DNA from: an uncultured Flavobacterium sp.
Lineage (GTDB): Bacteria > Bacteroidota > Bacteroidia > Flavobacteriales > Flavobacteriaceae
DNA length: 64,000 nt
Assembly: GCA_937773775.1 (NCBI GenBank)
Contig: CALJVL010000019.1
Span: 40,862-104,861, forward strand
Reading direction: 5' to 3'
Positions within the stretch are counted from its first letter, which is position 1. Every line of letters starts with the position of its first letter. The translations under genes were made by a program, and so were the position numbers. Below the pieces are notes generated by a model. It saw nothing but the letters and a program-made list of their open reading frames with translations. It did not search any database and was not told where the DNA came from. Below, in pieces: positions 31,506 through 40,364 of the stretch.

Positions 31506-32741
31506 TTAATAGCTATTTATTTTTGTGATCATCTTCTCTAACGTCCGAATTGCTACTACTTTATCACGGTCTTCTGCATTGTATGACTTACTTCTCACAG
31601 ATTGATAGGAAAGCTCTTTTTTAAAAGGAGTAGATAAATAAGGAACAATACTTTTAAATACCTGACTCATAGAGCGGGCTTTTACCACCCGAGATTCATC
31701 TGCAGCTCTCAAAATAAGAGCGATCTGATCGCACGACAAATCACACTCCATTTTAAAATTGGATTCCATTGCCGTTATGCTACTTTTAGGTGCTGAGTCA
31801 AGTACCTCTTCCTCTCTAGATTTTATTTGTTGCTCCAAGTAGCGAATTTCATGCTGAAACCACGTTAATAAAACCTCTTTCAAATTCGGTACTTGCGGGT
31901 CAAACATTCTTTTGGGTTTACAATTGAGTTGCCCAAATTCCTTGTAAATACGTAAAATAGTGGCAAACCTATCTCCAAGTGTAGGATAGTGATCGAGTTG
32001 ATTTAGTATCTTATTTTTCAAGTAAGCACTGTATTCCTGGCAATTGAAATTAAAGCTTATCAATATTTCATCTGCTACAGAATATATAGTACTTTTAACA
32101 ATTGGTAGTGCATCACTAGCTAGCGCATTCAACAGTTCCTTTCTATACACTATTTCCCTGTAGGTACTTTTATGCGTGTACTCAGATGTCACTTTTTGGT
32201 AAAGTTTTGCAATTACAATTTGTAAAGGTTCTTCTGTACTAGAAGGATCATTAGAGATATTTTTTTTAAAAACTTCTAGTTTGGACAGAATTTCTCTTTT
32301 GGAGACTATTTGATAGGTGATGGGAACACGCTCATCCAAACTAAGGTACTTGTAAAAACGGTTTTCAACAAAAGATAACAATTCCTCTAACACAGCAATA
32401 ACTGTAGTCCCGATATTACGAAGATGGGGTTCTCTAAAATATTCATGTTGCTGGTTTTCAATGCTACAATCTAAAAGGTAAATAAAACTGGAATGGTAGT
32501 TTCGAACCAAATACCGAAATTGTCTCCTTTTTCGAATAGAAAAAATTTCTTCCTTAATCTGGATCTGGATCCTACGAGATTCTTTTAAAATATGGGCAAC
32601 GAGTTCCTTGCTTTCAGCAATGGTTATGGATTGTAGTGCTCCACTCCTTGCATTAAGTTCCTGTACTATTAAACAATCGAACCATTCTAAGGTGTATTTT
32701 GTTTGCATCATAGAATTGTTTTTATTGGTTTTGAAAAACAA
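31506..32741 (-). CDS. Hypothetical protein, possibly an RteC-like regulator
   Basis: 411-aa cytoplasmic ORF. The C-terminal segment (LSCDQIALILRAADESRVVKARSMSQVFKSIVPYLSTPFKKELSYQSVRSKSYNAEDRDK) resembles my recollection of RteC-type C-termini. Not verified. Confidence 0.3.
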   Translation of the reverse strand: MFFKTNKNNSMMQTKYTLEWFDCLIVQELNARSGALQSITIAESKELVAHILKESRRIQIQIKEEIFSIRKRRQFRYLVRNYHSSFIYLLDCSIENQQHEYFREPHLRNIGTTVIAVLEELLSFVENRFYKYLSLDERVPITYQIVSKREILSKLEVFKKNISNDPSSTEEPLQIVIAKLYQKVTSEYTHKSTYREIVYRKELLNALASDALPIVKSTIYSVADEILISFNFNCQEYSAYLKNKILNQLDHYPTLGDRFATILRIYKEFGQLNCKPKRMFDPQVPNLKEVLLTWFQHEIRYLEQQIKSREEEVLDSAPKSSITAMESNFKMECDLSCDQIALILRAADESRVVKARSMSQVFKSIVPYLSTPFKKELSYQSVRSKSYNAEDRDKVVAIRTLEKMITKINSY

Positions 32742-32762
32742 TTGATTAGGGGAGAAATAGAT

Positions 32763-33065
32763 CTACTTGCGTAAACTACTTCGGTAGACCGTCGGTGATT
32801 TTCCAACATGCTTTTTAAAAAAGGTACTAAAAGCGGAAGGACAGTTGAATCCCAAATATTCTGACAAGAAATTTATTGTAATTTGGTCGTCTTCAAGTGC
32901 ATTTTTTGCCTCCATGATAAGGGTTTCTTCAAGGATTATTTTTACTGATTTCCCTGTAGTATGTTTAACCACCTTATTCAGATGCCCAGAGGTTACATAT
33001 AAAACACCTGCGTAAAATTTTACGCTGTGCTGCTCTTTAAAATGTATGGCGAGAATATCCATGAA
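32763..33065 (-). pseudogene. AraC-family HTH domain only (N-terminally truncated regulator remnant)
   Basis: The ORF runs 32763-33209, but AraC-like sequence covers only the last ~100 aa (HFKEQHSVKFYAGVLYVTSGHLNKVVK...LGFNCPSAFSTFFKKHVGKSPTVYR). No ligand-binding domain is present. The upstream part overlaps another gene remnant. Confidence 0.55.
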
Positions 33066-33267
33066 TCTGATAGTAGTCCGACAGCCAAATACCATATTTT
33101 TTCCCAACTTCATCGTAAGGATTAGCATCATTTGCTGGACCCAATTTTTTCGATACTCCTGCTTGAACAGAAACACTGCTAGCTTCTTCAACTGTATTTC
33201 CATATTCATCCGTAGAGCAGGAAATCATTACTTAAACAACAAGCAAACCTAAAAATAAATTTTTCAT
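33037..33267 (-). pseudogene. Small lipoprotein gene remnant with an in-frame TAA in the signal peptide
   Basis: The minus-strand reading from ATG 33267 is MKNLFLGLLVV*VMISCSTDEYGNTVEE...NPYDEVGKKYGIWLSDYYQ. The stop codon lies at 33234-33232. The lipobox-like MISC is intact. Confidence 0.45.
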
Positions 33268-33601
33268 AATTATAAGTTATAAAATGTGACTGAGAATAAT
33301 TTCTCTGTTCATTTACCCGGGTAAGCAGAACCTTTATTTAGCACGATGCTAAACTTTTTGCTTTTGAATTCGAAACAAATCTATATGCTCTAAAGTCCCT
33401 GTGCAACACTATAGTGGTGGGTTTTCACGATAATAACTATGGATTTTCACGAAATCCATACAGTTTTTTTCGAACCAATAAAACACTATTTATCAGCATA
33501 TTATAGTATTTTTGAAATACAATTTATTGAAAAGATTCCAGTATCTATATCTTAATACACAAGGAGTGTTTCGCAACTACCCCGAATTTAATTGATTTAC
33601 T

Positions 33602-35272
33602 ATGAAGCCATTTTTTATATTAATGTTATTTGTACCGCTGTGGATACAATCTCAGAATACCTCGTTCAAAGTTCCAGACTCCATTCAAAATAAAGATTTT
33701 GATTATTTGGAAGACCGAATAGATCAGTTTAAAAATGACAGTACCAGAGCTGCCATATACTTATTTACCTATATCAAAAAAGCGAAAAGGGAACACAACT
33801 GGCAGGAGCTTAAAAACGGTTATCAAAACTTAATGCACATGTCCCCTTCATCAATGCGGATAATTTACGCTGATAGCATGGTATATGCAGCAAAAAAGAC
33901 AAAAGATAATGCTGCAATAGGTAGTGCGTTCTTAACCAAAGGAATAGTTTTGTTTTCCAATAAGAAATACAAAGAGGCATTAGATGACTATCTGATTGCT
34001 AACGAATATATAGCTAAAACAAATGATCAATACCTCATTTATAAAGTAAAATACAACATTGCTCAGCTGAAGAACAGCATGGGGTTTTACGACGAAGCCA
34101 TTTCTTTATTGAGAGAATGTGTAAACTACTATAAAAAGAATCATGACAGAGCATATCTGAATTCACTCCATTCTTTGGGACTGTCTTATAATAAAGTGGG
34201 GAATTACGGCTTGTGCTCCATAACTAACGAGGAAGGAGTCAAAGAAAGTGAAAAGCGTGCTAGTCCAGAAATGACCGTTTATTTTCAGCACTCAGAAGGT
34301 GTGAACCAATATTTTCTAAATAATTACCAAAAGGCTATTGATAATTTAAAAAGTACAATGCTTGAAATAGAAAGTAATAATGATTTTGCCAATGAGGCTG
34401 TAGGGAATTTTTATATTGGGAAAAGCTATTGGGAACTTAAAAAATATGAAACTGCAATCCCTTATTTTAAAGAAGTGGACCAGATTTTAAACAGCAAACA
34501 ATTTATAAGAAGAGATTTATTAGAAACTTTTGTATTATTAATTAACTACTACAAAACAAAGAAAGAGGACAAGCTACATTTGTATTATATAGACCAACTA
34601 CTTAAAGCAGATCATTTGCTGCTTGAAACTAACAGTTACCTGGTCTCCAAAGTGAGCAAGGAATATGATAATAAGAACATTTTAATTGAAAAACAAAAAT
34701 TAGAGTCACAAGTAAATGGACAAAAATCCAACAACTTAATTTTCATCGTCCTTGCAACACTAATATTCTTAACTCTTCTTTTCGTAAGCTATCGCAACTT
34801 TAAAATCAAAAGTACCTACAAAACAAATTATGACGCACTGATGAATAAAATCGCCCAGCCTATAAAAGAAATCACCACAATGCAACATGCTGGAATCGAT
34901 GATATTAATGCTGCAGCGGTTACTGAATTAATTAGGCAATTAGAAAAATGGGAACAAGGAAAGAAGTTCCTAGATAAAGAAATAACCTTAGTAAAACTAG
35001 CCGCTACTTTTAACTCCAATACTAAATATCTTTCTCTTGTTGTTTACCATCACCGCCATAAGAAGTTTGTTACCTACGTCAATGACTTGAAAATTGACTA
35101 TCTGATCAACGCTCTTAAAGAAAGTAAACTTCTACAACAGTATACAAATAAAGCACTGGCCGAAGAAATCGGCTTTAGTTCTACCCAACGTTTTGCGAAT
35201 GCTTTTAAAGCAAGAGCCAATATGCCTGCAGCTTTCTATATAGCACAACTTAAAAAAGAAGAAAAAAAATAG
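33602..35272 (+). CDS. TPR-repeat, single-TM, C-terminal AraC-type HTH regulator
   Basis: 556 aa with a signal peptide, TPR-like repeats, a TM segment (LIFIVLATLIFLTLLFV), and a C-terminal ALAEEIGFSSTQRFANAFKARANMPAAFY. Confidence 0.6.
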   Translation: MKPFFILMLFVPLWIQSQNTSFKVPDSIQNKDFDYLEDRIDQFKNDSTRAAIYLFTYIKKAKREHNWQELKNGYQNLMHMSPSSMRIIYADSMVYAAKKTKDNAAIGSAFLTKGIVLFSNKKYKEALDDYLIANEYIAKTNDQYLIYKVKYNIAQLKNSMGFYDEAISLLRECVNYYKKNHDRAYLNSLHSLGLSYNKVGNYGLCSITNEEGVKESEKRASPEMTVYFQHSEGVNQYFLNNYQKAIDNLKSTMLEIESNNDFANEAVGNFYIGKSYWELKKYETAIPYFKEVDQILNSKQFIRRDLLETFVLLINYYKTKKEDKLHLYYIDQLLKADHLLLETNSYLVSKVSKEYDNKNILIEKQKLESQVNGQKSNNLIFIVLATLIFLTLLFVSYRNFKIKSTYKTNYDALMNKIAQPIKEITTMQHAGIDDINAAAVTELIRQLEKWEQGKKFLDKEITLVKLAATFNSNTKYLSLVVYHHRHKKFVTYVNDLKIDYLINALKESKLLQQYTNKALAEEIGFSSTQRFANAFKARANMPAAFYIAQLKKEEKK

Positions 35273-35369
35273 TAACGTAAACAAGTTATCAACTCAAATT
35301 TTACACTCTACGTCGTCTAACGAGAGCATAAATTACTATTTTTACCTCTTAAATTTATAAAAAAATATC

Positions 35370-35546
35370 ATGAAAGATTTAATCGAAAAAATCAACGCAG
35401 AATTTGAAACATTTAAAACCGAATCTGAATCACTAACTGAAAAAGGTGTTAAAGCAGCTGGAGCAAGAGCTCGTAAAGTAACTCTAGAGCTAGAGAAACT
35501 ATTAAAAGAGTTTAGAAAAGTCTCTGTACAAGAATCAAAAAAATAA
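35370..35546 (+). CDS. Histone H1-like small basic protein (58 aa; below the ORF-track cutoff)
   Basis: Hand translation gives MKDLIEKINAEFETFKTESESLTEKGVKAAGARARKVTLELEKLLKEFRKVSVQESKK. A strong hairpin terminator follows. Confidence 0.6.
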   Translation: MKDLIEKINAEFETFKTESESLTEKGVKAAGARARKVTLELEKLLKEFRKVSVQESKK

Positions 35547-35560
35547 TATTTTCCTAAAAA

Positions 35561-35594
35561 AACCTCGTTTAAATCTTTTTAAACGAGGTTTTTA
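35561..35594 (+). terminator. Intrinsic terminator
   Basis: AACCTCGTTTAAA TCTTT TTAAACGAGGTT followed by TTT. Confidence 0.7.
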
Positions 35595-35689
35595 GGTTTA
35601 TCATGCCAATTAAATTTTTAAAGTCCTAGTTCAAAAACTACCAGCAACACTTTTTATATTTTTGTGGTACATAATACTATATAGAAAGC

Positions 35690-36677
35690 TTATCCTTTCA
35701 TCAATTGTTTTAAACGTCCTTGGTAAGACTGCCAATAATTTCTTTTCGTAGCATCGTTAAGGAAAGAAGCAGCTACCATTTTTTCTACCAGTTCTGACTG
35801 TGATAACATTAACTCCATGATATCATTAAAGTTTTTTTTCACTGATCCCTATCTGCTCAGCAAGGACAAAGAATTGTTGCCTTATCTTTCCTTGAGCTAA
35901 ATTTTTAGGCAATAGTCCATCATCCAACGCAAATTCTTTATCTTCAATGTGAATACGGCTATTCAACAGGTCGTATGCTGGACTTAGTCTATAATCTCCC
36001 ATAGCGGTTTCAAGCAAAGAAAAGTTTTTAAAGTGGGCATCTCCATTTGAAAATAGGTAATTGAACACCAATATTTTTAATAGCTTTGGTGCTTCCGGCT
36101 TATATGCAGGTAAATATTGCTTCATTAATTGAAATAACTCTAAATAGCTTCCTAAATACTTATAATGTTCTCCATAGGTTTGTGGTGTCCTTCCTGCCAA
36201 AGAGGCAAAATCATCTTGAGCCAGTTTTGTGCCGTCTTCTTTTACATCAAACCGTTTGGTTATGTAAGCAGGAGAACCATTCTTAAAAAATATTAATGCA
36301 TTTTCGGCTGTTTCTATTCCATAGACTTGACGGGCAATTTGCATAGTTAAATGCTCATTAGCGGGCATTTGGTCTAGTTTTTTACCCGCACCGGGAATGG
36401 GTTTCAGAATATAAGTACCAGGTTCTCCTTCATTAATAAGCCTTAACTTGTTTTTTTCAAGCACTACAGAAAATTTTTCCTGCACTCCTGAAATTGACAT
36501 ACGCTTGCGGTTTTCTTCAAAAAGTGCAGCTGCTTCAGGATTCGATGCCGGAGAATCGTAAGGCAATACGTGATTTACCTTTTTACCATGAAACACTCTG
36601 TTCAAACAGGTTCTACTATACGTATCAAAACCTTCAGCTAATGTACCCGGACAATATTTTATTTCAGGTAGACTCAT
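35690..36677 (-). pseudogene. HipA C-terminal-type Ser/Thr kinase toxin (HipT-like). As sequenced, the last ~50 codons are out of frame because of an A8 run.
   Basis: The ORF 35826-36677 has SISGVQEKFS (Gly-rich loop) and GDAHFKNFS (catalytic loop). Removing one base from the T8 run at 35832-35839 (A8 on the coding strand) continues it as ...GISEKNFNDIMELMLSQSELVEKMVAASFLNDATKRNYWQSYQGRLKQLMKG*, ending at 35690. Confidence 0.75.
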
Positions 36678-37003
36678 AACTCTTTTATTTTAATAACTCT
36701 AACAGCACCGATGCTGTCATTTTTTGCAGTAATCATCAGTAGTCCAAAATAATCGTCTCGATCAATTCTATTGTACTTACACACAACTTGTTTGTTAGGT
36801 CCCTCTGGTAGCATATTATAAAAAAATGGAAATAAGAATTCTGAATGAAACTCTTGTTCCTTTTTAGGCAAAGTAAGACTGATTCCTGGCTTAGTACGGT
36901 CTGCTGTCCAAGAATCACTATAGCGGAATGTAAATGATCCATTATCGTGTTGTGTCAATACACCCGCTTCTTCGTCCTTAAATAGTATTTTTGCTTTTCT
37001 CAT
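36674..37003 (-). CDS. HipA N-terminal-subdomain protein (HipS-like)
   Basis: 109 aa. EAGVLTQ...FTFRYSDSW...PFFYNMLPEGPNK...DSIGAVRV matches the HipA_N/coupling domain. It has 4-nt overlaps with both neighbours. Confidence 0.75.
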   Translation of the reverse strand: MRKAKILFKDEEAGVLTQHDNGSFTFRYSDSWTADRTKPGISLTLPKKEQEFHSEFLFPFFYNMLPEGPNKQVVCKYNRIDRDDYFGLLMITAKNDSIGAVRVIKIKEL

Positions 37004-37218
37004 TCGTTACGGGATAGATTTTTAACTTGAAGAACGACTTCCATACCTAGAACGTCTGCTAACTTTGATAAAGTAAGTAGCGTAGGATTTCCTTTTCCAC
37101 TTTCAAACTGTTTTAGTGTTCTTAAGCCAACACCCGATAGTTCTGCCAAGGTTTCCTGCGTGACCTGGAGTTCCTCCCTACGCTCTTTTATAGACTTTAT
37201 GATTTTCTCGAAGTGCAT
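37000..37218 (-). CDS. XRE-family HTH protein (HipB-like)
   Basis: The start at MHFEKIIKSIKERREELQVTQETLAELSGVGLRTLKQFESGKGNPTL is preferred over the ORF-track start at 37251. Confidence 0.75.
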   Translation of the reverse strand: MHFEKIIKSIKERREELQVTQETLAELSGVGLRTLKQFESGKGNPTLLTLSKLADVLGMEVVLQVKNLSRNE

Positions 37219-37330
37219 TATATAGCTCTTTTTTATACAAATATATAACAAATAACACTAATTACACAAAAAAGAGCGTTATAAAGCACTAATTTGTGTT
37301 TTTTATAATTTTTAGCATTAAAATTCATCG

Positions 37331-37354
37331 TATAGTGCATTTAATAGCACTATA
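37331..37354. promoter_or_regulatory. Candidate operator palindrome upstream of the hipB-like gene
   Basis: TATAGTGC-N8-GCACTATA, with perfect 8-bp arms. Related half-sites (GCACTAAT, ACACTAAT) occur at 37286 and 37254. Confidence 0.4.
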
Positions 37355-37625
37355 TAATTGACTGTATTTGCTAATTGTTTGTTCTTTGTACCATATTCTT
37401 ACTTATAGTATCAGTCCTAAAAAATGCTACCCCCATTTCCCTTACCCCTATCTAACATACAACCGTGTTTCAAACCCTGATTTATCATGTCCTATTTTAT
37501 TTCATACCATCAGAATATCTTGCAAACAGTAGAAAATTTCATGTCACAGCATATTAACTGAAAAATAATTTAATTACGACTCAACTTTTTCTTGAATCAT
37601 CAGTATAACCATAAAGCAAATAGTT

Positions 37626-37808
37626 ATGATAACAATTACAACACAAATTTTAATTTTCATTCCAGCGATAATTATCCTACTGTGGATGATGCCTGATAAA
37701 AAAATCAAAGTAATCTTTGGAGAAATTAGAAAAACACTCCAGATATTACCTATCTCTAAAATTGCTCAAGCCATGATCAGTTGGTCAAAGAAGAAAATTG
37801 ATCCCTAA
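37626..37808 (+). CDS. Possible small membrane protein
   Basis: 60-aa ORF with one hydrophobic helix. No other support. Confidence 0.2.
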   Translation: MITITTQILIFIPAIIILLWMMPDKKIKVIFGEIRKTLQILPISKIAQAMISWSKKKIDP

Positions 37809-37979
37809 AATGCAATACTCCCTAGAGTAAAATTATATAAATCAGTCATTGTAAAACAAGCAAAGAGATTACCTGTAACTAAAGTATTTTGATCGTTGTG
37901 TTGAAAAAGCGTTTTGGATATCTTGGAAATAACATTGGCATTTATAGGCTTATTGATAAAGGAACCTATTCACTAGTAG

Positions 37980-38183
37980 TTATTGCGTATTCTTTTTTAA
38001 AGCGTTTACCAGCTTCTTATTGCGTTTGTCTGCTCTACCATTTTGTAAAGAAATAACGGCCCAAATCGCTGCTGGAATCCAGCCAATGACCGTAATCTGT
38101 AGAATTAAACAAATTATAGATGTGATTATTCTTCCTCTCAGAAAAAAGGAAATAAAGGGAAAGAAAATAGCAATTAATGTCAT
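37980..38183 (-). CDS. Small two-TM membrane protein (YqaE/Pmp3-like)
   Basis: 67 aa with two hydrophobic helices. The GWIPAAIWA motif is reminiscent of the Pmp3/YqaE family. Confidence 0.4.
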   Translation of the reverse strand: MTLIAIFFPFISFFLRGRIITSIICLILQITVIGWIPAAIWAVISLQNGRADKRNKKLVNALKKNTQ

Positions 38184-38350
38184 ACTTATAATTTTAGAAT
38201 TATTCTTTAAATAGAATGCTGTATCACATATAAGTCATTATAAAAGTGTACAAAATCACTGTTAATGATAGTATTCCGATACCTATTTCCAAGAAAGAAC
38301 CTTTAGTAAAGTCCGATAATTGACGATTTAAAGTTAACAATTAGTCTATA

Positions 38351-38405
38351 AACGCTTTCATTAGTTACAGCTAGTTGTTGCATTGCCCGCGATTTAATAG
38401 TATAT
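38351..38405 (-). repeat. Degenerate copy of the inter-cassette element (possible distal end of the array)
   Basis: AACGCTTTCATTAGTTACAGCTAGTTGTTGC resembles the CTTTCATTGTT...TAGCTGTTAGTGGC tail of the element at 39389-39530, but its ends do not pair with 39379-39391. Confidence 0.3.
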
Positions 38406-38443
38406 TAACATTTAGTCCGGTAGTTATGATACGACTAATCTAA

Positions 38444-39373
38444 TTACCAATCTTCATACAAAAAACTTCCAATCTCTTTTGCTATTGAATGTTTTAGCTT
38501 AGCCATATATTCTAGACTAATACCTGGCAAAATCGCTTCTATTTCATTTAGTCTTAAATTATGGTTAACGAGTTTCTCACCATTTTCAAATTTATCGGTC
38601 ACAATTAGAGAAATAGATTGCTTTGTGCTTGAATCAATAGCAGATAGACCATTTTTGTTAAAATGTAAATCTTCTAAAGTTAGAATTAAAGCATTTGGCA
38701 AATCTTTTGATTCTTTGATTTCTTTATTGCCAGTAATAGGAATAAATACCCAAAGAGATTTACCTAGGTTTTGCATTATCCCCGTTGTATCGGGTCTTGC
38801 TGAACAAATTAGAATTTTTTTATTCCCATCATCTAAAATGAATAAACCATTTAATAAATGCTCAGATTGCTGTAAAAGAATTTTATGCTGATTTTCTTTT
38901 TCGTGAATTGTTGTAACTTCAAGAAACAAGGAATTAATCATATTTAGATTGTGCTTCAGGGCATTTATAAGTGTAACCCCCATAAGAACTCCTGCTTCTC
39001 TATGTGCGAACCTATTTCTCCATTCTTTGGCATCTAACCACTGTTGATGTAAATGTTTAGAACAATATTTTTCCAGACGATTAAGTTTAGAATGTAAACT
39101 TTCAAATCCTTCTTTCTTTTTAAGCCCTACAACTTCAAGTTTTAGTGTAACGCTTGCTTCAAATATTCGAGTCGATTTTGAAAATGCTTCATCCAGTAAA
39201 GCATAATGAAAATAACTATAAAACAGAAGCCTTTCAACAAGTTTATAATCATCCACAATTTCTTCTGGTACTAAACAATGGAATTTTCCTTTCAACACAA
39301 ATTTCTCGATAAAATCTGTTTCCGACTTCACATCAAAACTTTTCCAAATATTATCAGGTTGAAGATAATTCAT
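38444..39373 (-). CDS. Hypothetical protein with a HEPN-like R-x4-H motif (Abi-like?)
   Basis: 309 aa. It has WRNRFAHRE (RNxxAH, as in HEPN/Abi_2-type proteins) in a helical N-terminal half. The C-terminal half is unassigned. Confidence 0.4.
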   Translation of the reverse strand: MNYLQPDNIWKSFDVKSETDFIEKFVLKGKFHCLVPEEIVDDYKLVERLLFYSYFHYALLDEAFSKSTRIFEASVTLKLEVVGLKKKEGFESLHSKLNRLEKYCSKHLHQQWLDAKEWRNRFAHREAGVLMGVTLINALKHNLNMINSLFLEVTTIHEKENQHKILLQQSEHLLNGLFILDDGNKKILICSARPDTTGIMQNLGKSLWVFIPITGNKEIKESKDLPNALILTLEDLHFNKNGLSAIDSSTKQSISLIVTDKFENGEKLVNHNLRLNEIEAILPGISLEYMAKLKHSIAKEIGSFLYEDW

Positions 39374-39378
39374 CTTTT

Positions 39379-39536
39379 GTATTATATTAACATCCGTTTG
39401 TATAAAATATCTAAACGAACTATGTTTTTATTAATTTAAAAAGTAAATATATAGGACTTAAACTACCTCCAGCTCATTTCAACACACCTTTCATTGTTTG
39501 TGCTGCGAACGCAACGAAACTCTAGCTGTTAGTGGC
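39379..39536 (-). repeat. attC-like inter-cassette element (142 bp from AAC to GTT)
   Basis: AAC at 39389-39391 and GTT at 39528-39530. It is alignable with the element at 40211-40352 (shared TTATTAATT..AAGTAAATATA..TTAAACT.CCTC..TTCATTGTT..TAGCTGTT). Confidence 0.55.
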
Positions 39537-39551
39537 CGTTTTTCTTGGCGG

Positions 39552-40151
39552 TCAGTTAGTTTTTTTTATTAGAATTCCTTTGTCCACACTTTCGTTTAGT
39601 AAATTCTCTGCATAATTCCAAATTACAGACGAACCGTTTTTAATTGCTTTTTTCTTCTCATAAACTTTTTGATACGGCACATTAAATTCCGTCCAAGTTC
39701 CACCATGATCTGAAGTGTTTTGCAATAGTGGTTCAAATCTATCCATTGATTTTGAAAATTTTGCTTCGTCCGTACTACCTTCTTCAAATTCTTCCCAAAT
39801 TGCTATAAGTTCTTCGGCTTGTTCTGATGGTAAAAGTCCAAATATTCGCTTTGCGGCAATAAGTTCTTCTTCGGTATTTGTATGACTTTTTGTAGAATCG
39901 TAAATAAAAGTGTCACCCGCATCAATTTCCACGATATCGTGGATTAAAACCATTTTCAAAACTTTAAGTACGTCTATCGGTTTGTCCGAATGTTCTGCCA
40001 ATACAATTGTCATCATTGCTAAATGCCAACTATGTTCTGCATCATTTTCGTGTCTATCGCTGTTAAATAGTTTAGTTTTGCGTTGAATGTATTTCAACTT
40101 GTCTATCTCTTTTATGAAGCTTACTTGTTTTAATAAATTGTCTGTCTGCAT
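39552..40151 (-). CDS. HD-domain phosphohydrolase (YfbR-like 5'-deoxynucleotidase family)
   Basis: 199 aa with the motifs ENDAEHSWHLAMM and LIHDIVEIDAGD. Confidence 0.75.
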   Translation of the reverse strand: MQTDNLLKQVSFIKEIDKLKYIQRKTKLFNSDRHENDAEHSWHLAMMTIVLAEHSDKPIDVLKVLKMVLIHDIVEIDAGDTFIYDSTKSHTNTEEELIAAKRIFGLLPSEQAEELIAIWEEFEEGSTDEAKFSKSMDRFEPLLQNTSDHGGTWTEFNVPYQKVYEKKKAIKNGSSVIWNYAENLLNESVDKGILIKKTN

Positions 40152-40204
40152 ATTTCTATAATTATTGAAAGAATTTTACTGTCCGTATAATGTCGTTTAA
40201 AATT

Positions 40205-40363
40205 GCCACTAACGTCAGTTCGCATAAAAACCTTAAAACGATCTTTATTTTATTAATTAGGAAGTAAATATACAGAAATTAAACTGCCTCTAGTTTCCGT
40301 TCAACGCAGGCTTCATTGTTGGCTTTTCAAGCCCAACGAAGCCTTAGCTGTTGTAGGCAGTGC
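40205..40363 (-). repeat. attC-like inter-cassette element (142 bp from AAC to GTT)
   Basis: GCCACTAAC at 40205 is the exact reverse complement of GTTAGTGGC at 39528. There is a local hairpin AGGCTTCATTGTTGGC / GCCCAACGAAGCCT at 40308-40344. It ends GTTGTAGGCAGTGC at 40350. Confidence 0.55.
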
Positions 40364-40364
40364 T

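Noticed and set aside
39389-40352. I considered whether the inter-cassette hairpins are ordinary rho-independent terminators.
   Set aside because: On the coding (minus) strand the hairpins are not followed by T runs (e.g. ...GAAGCCTGCGTTGAACGG). In addition, the elements extend 113-142 bp with conserved AAC/GTT ends.
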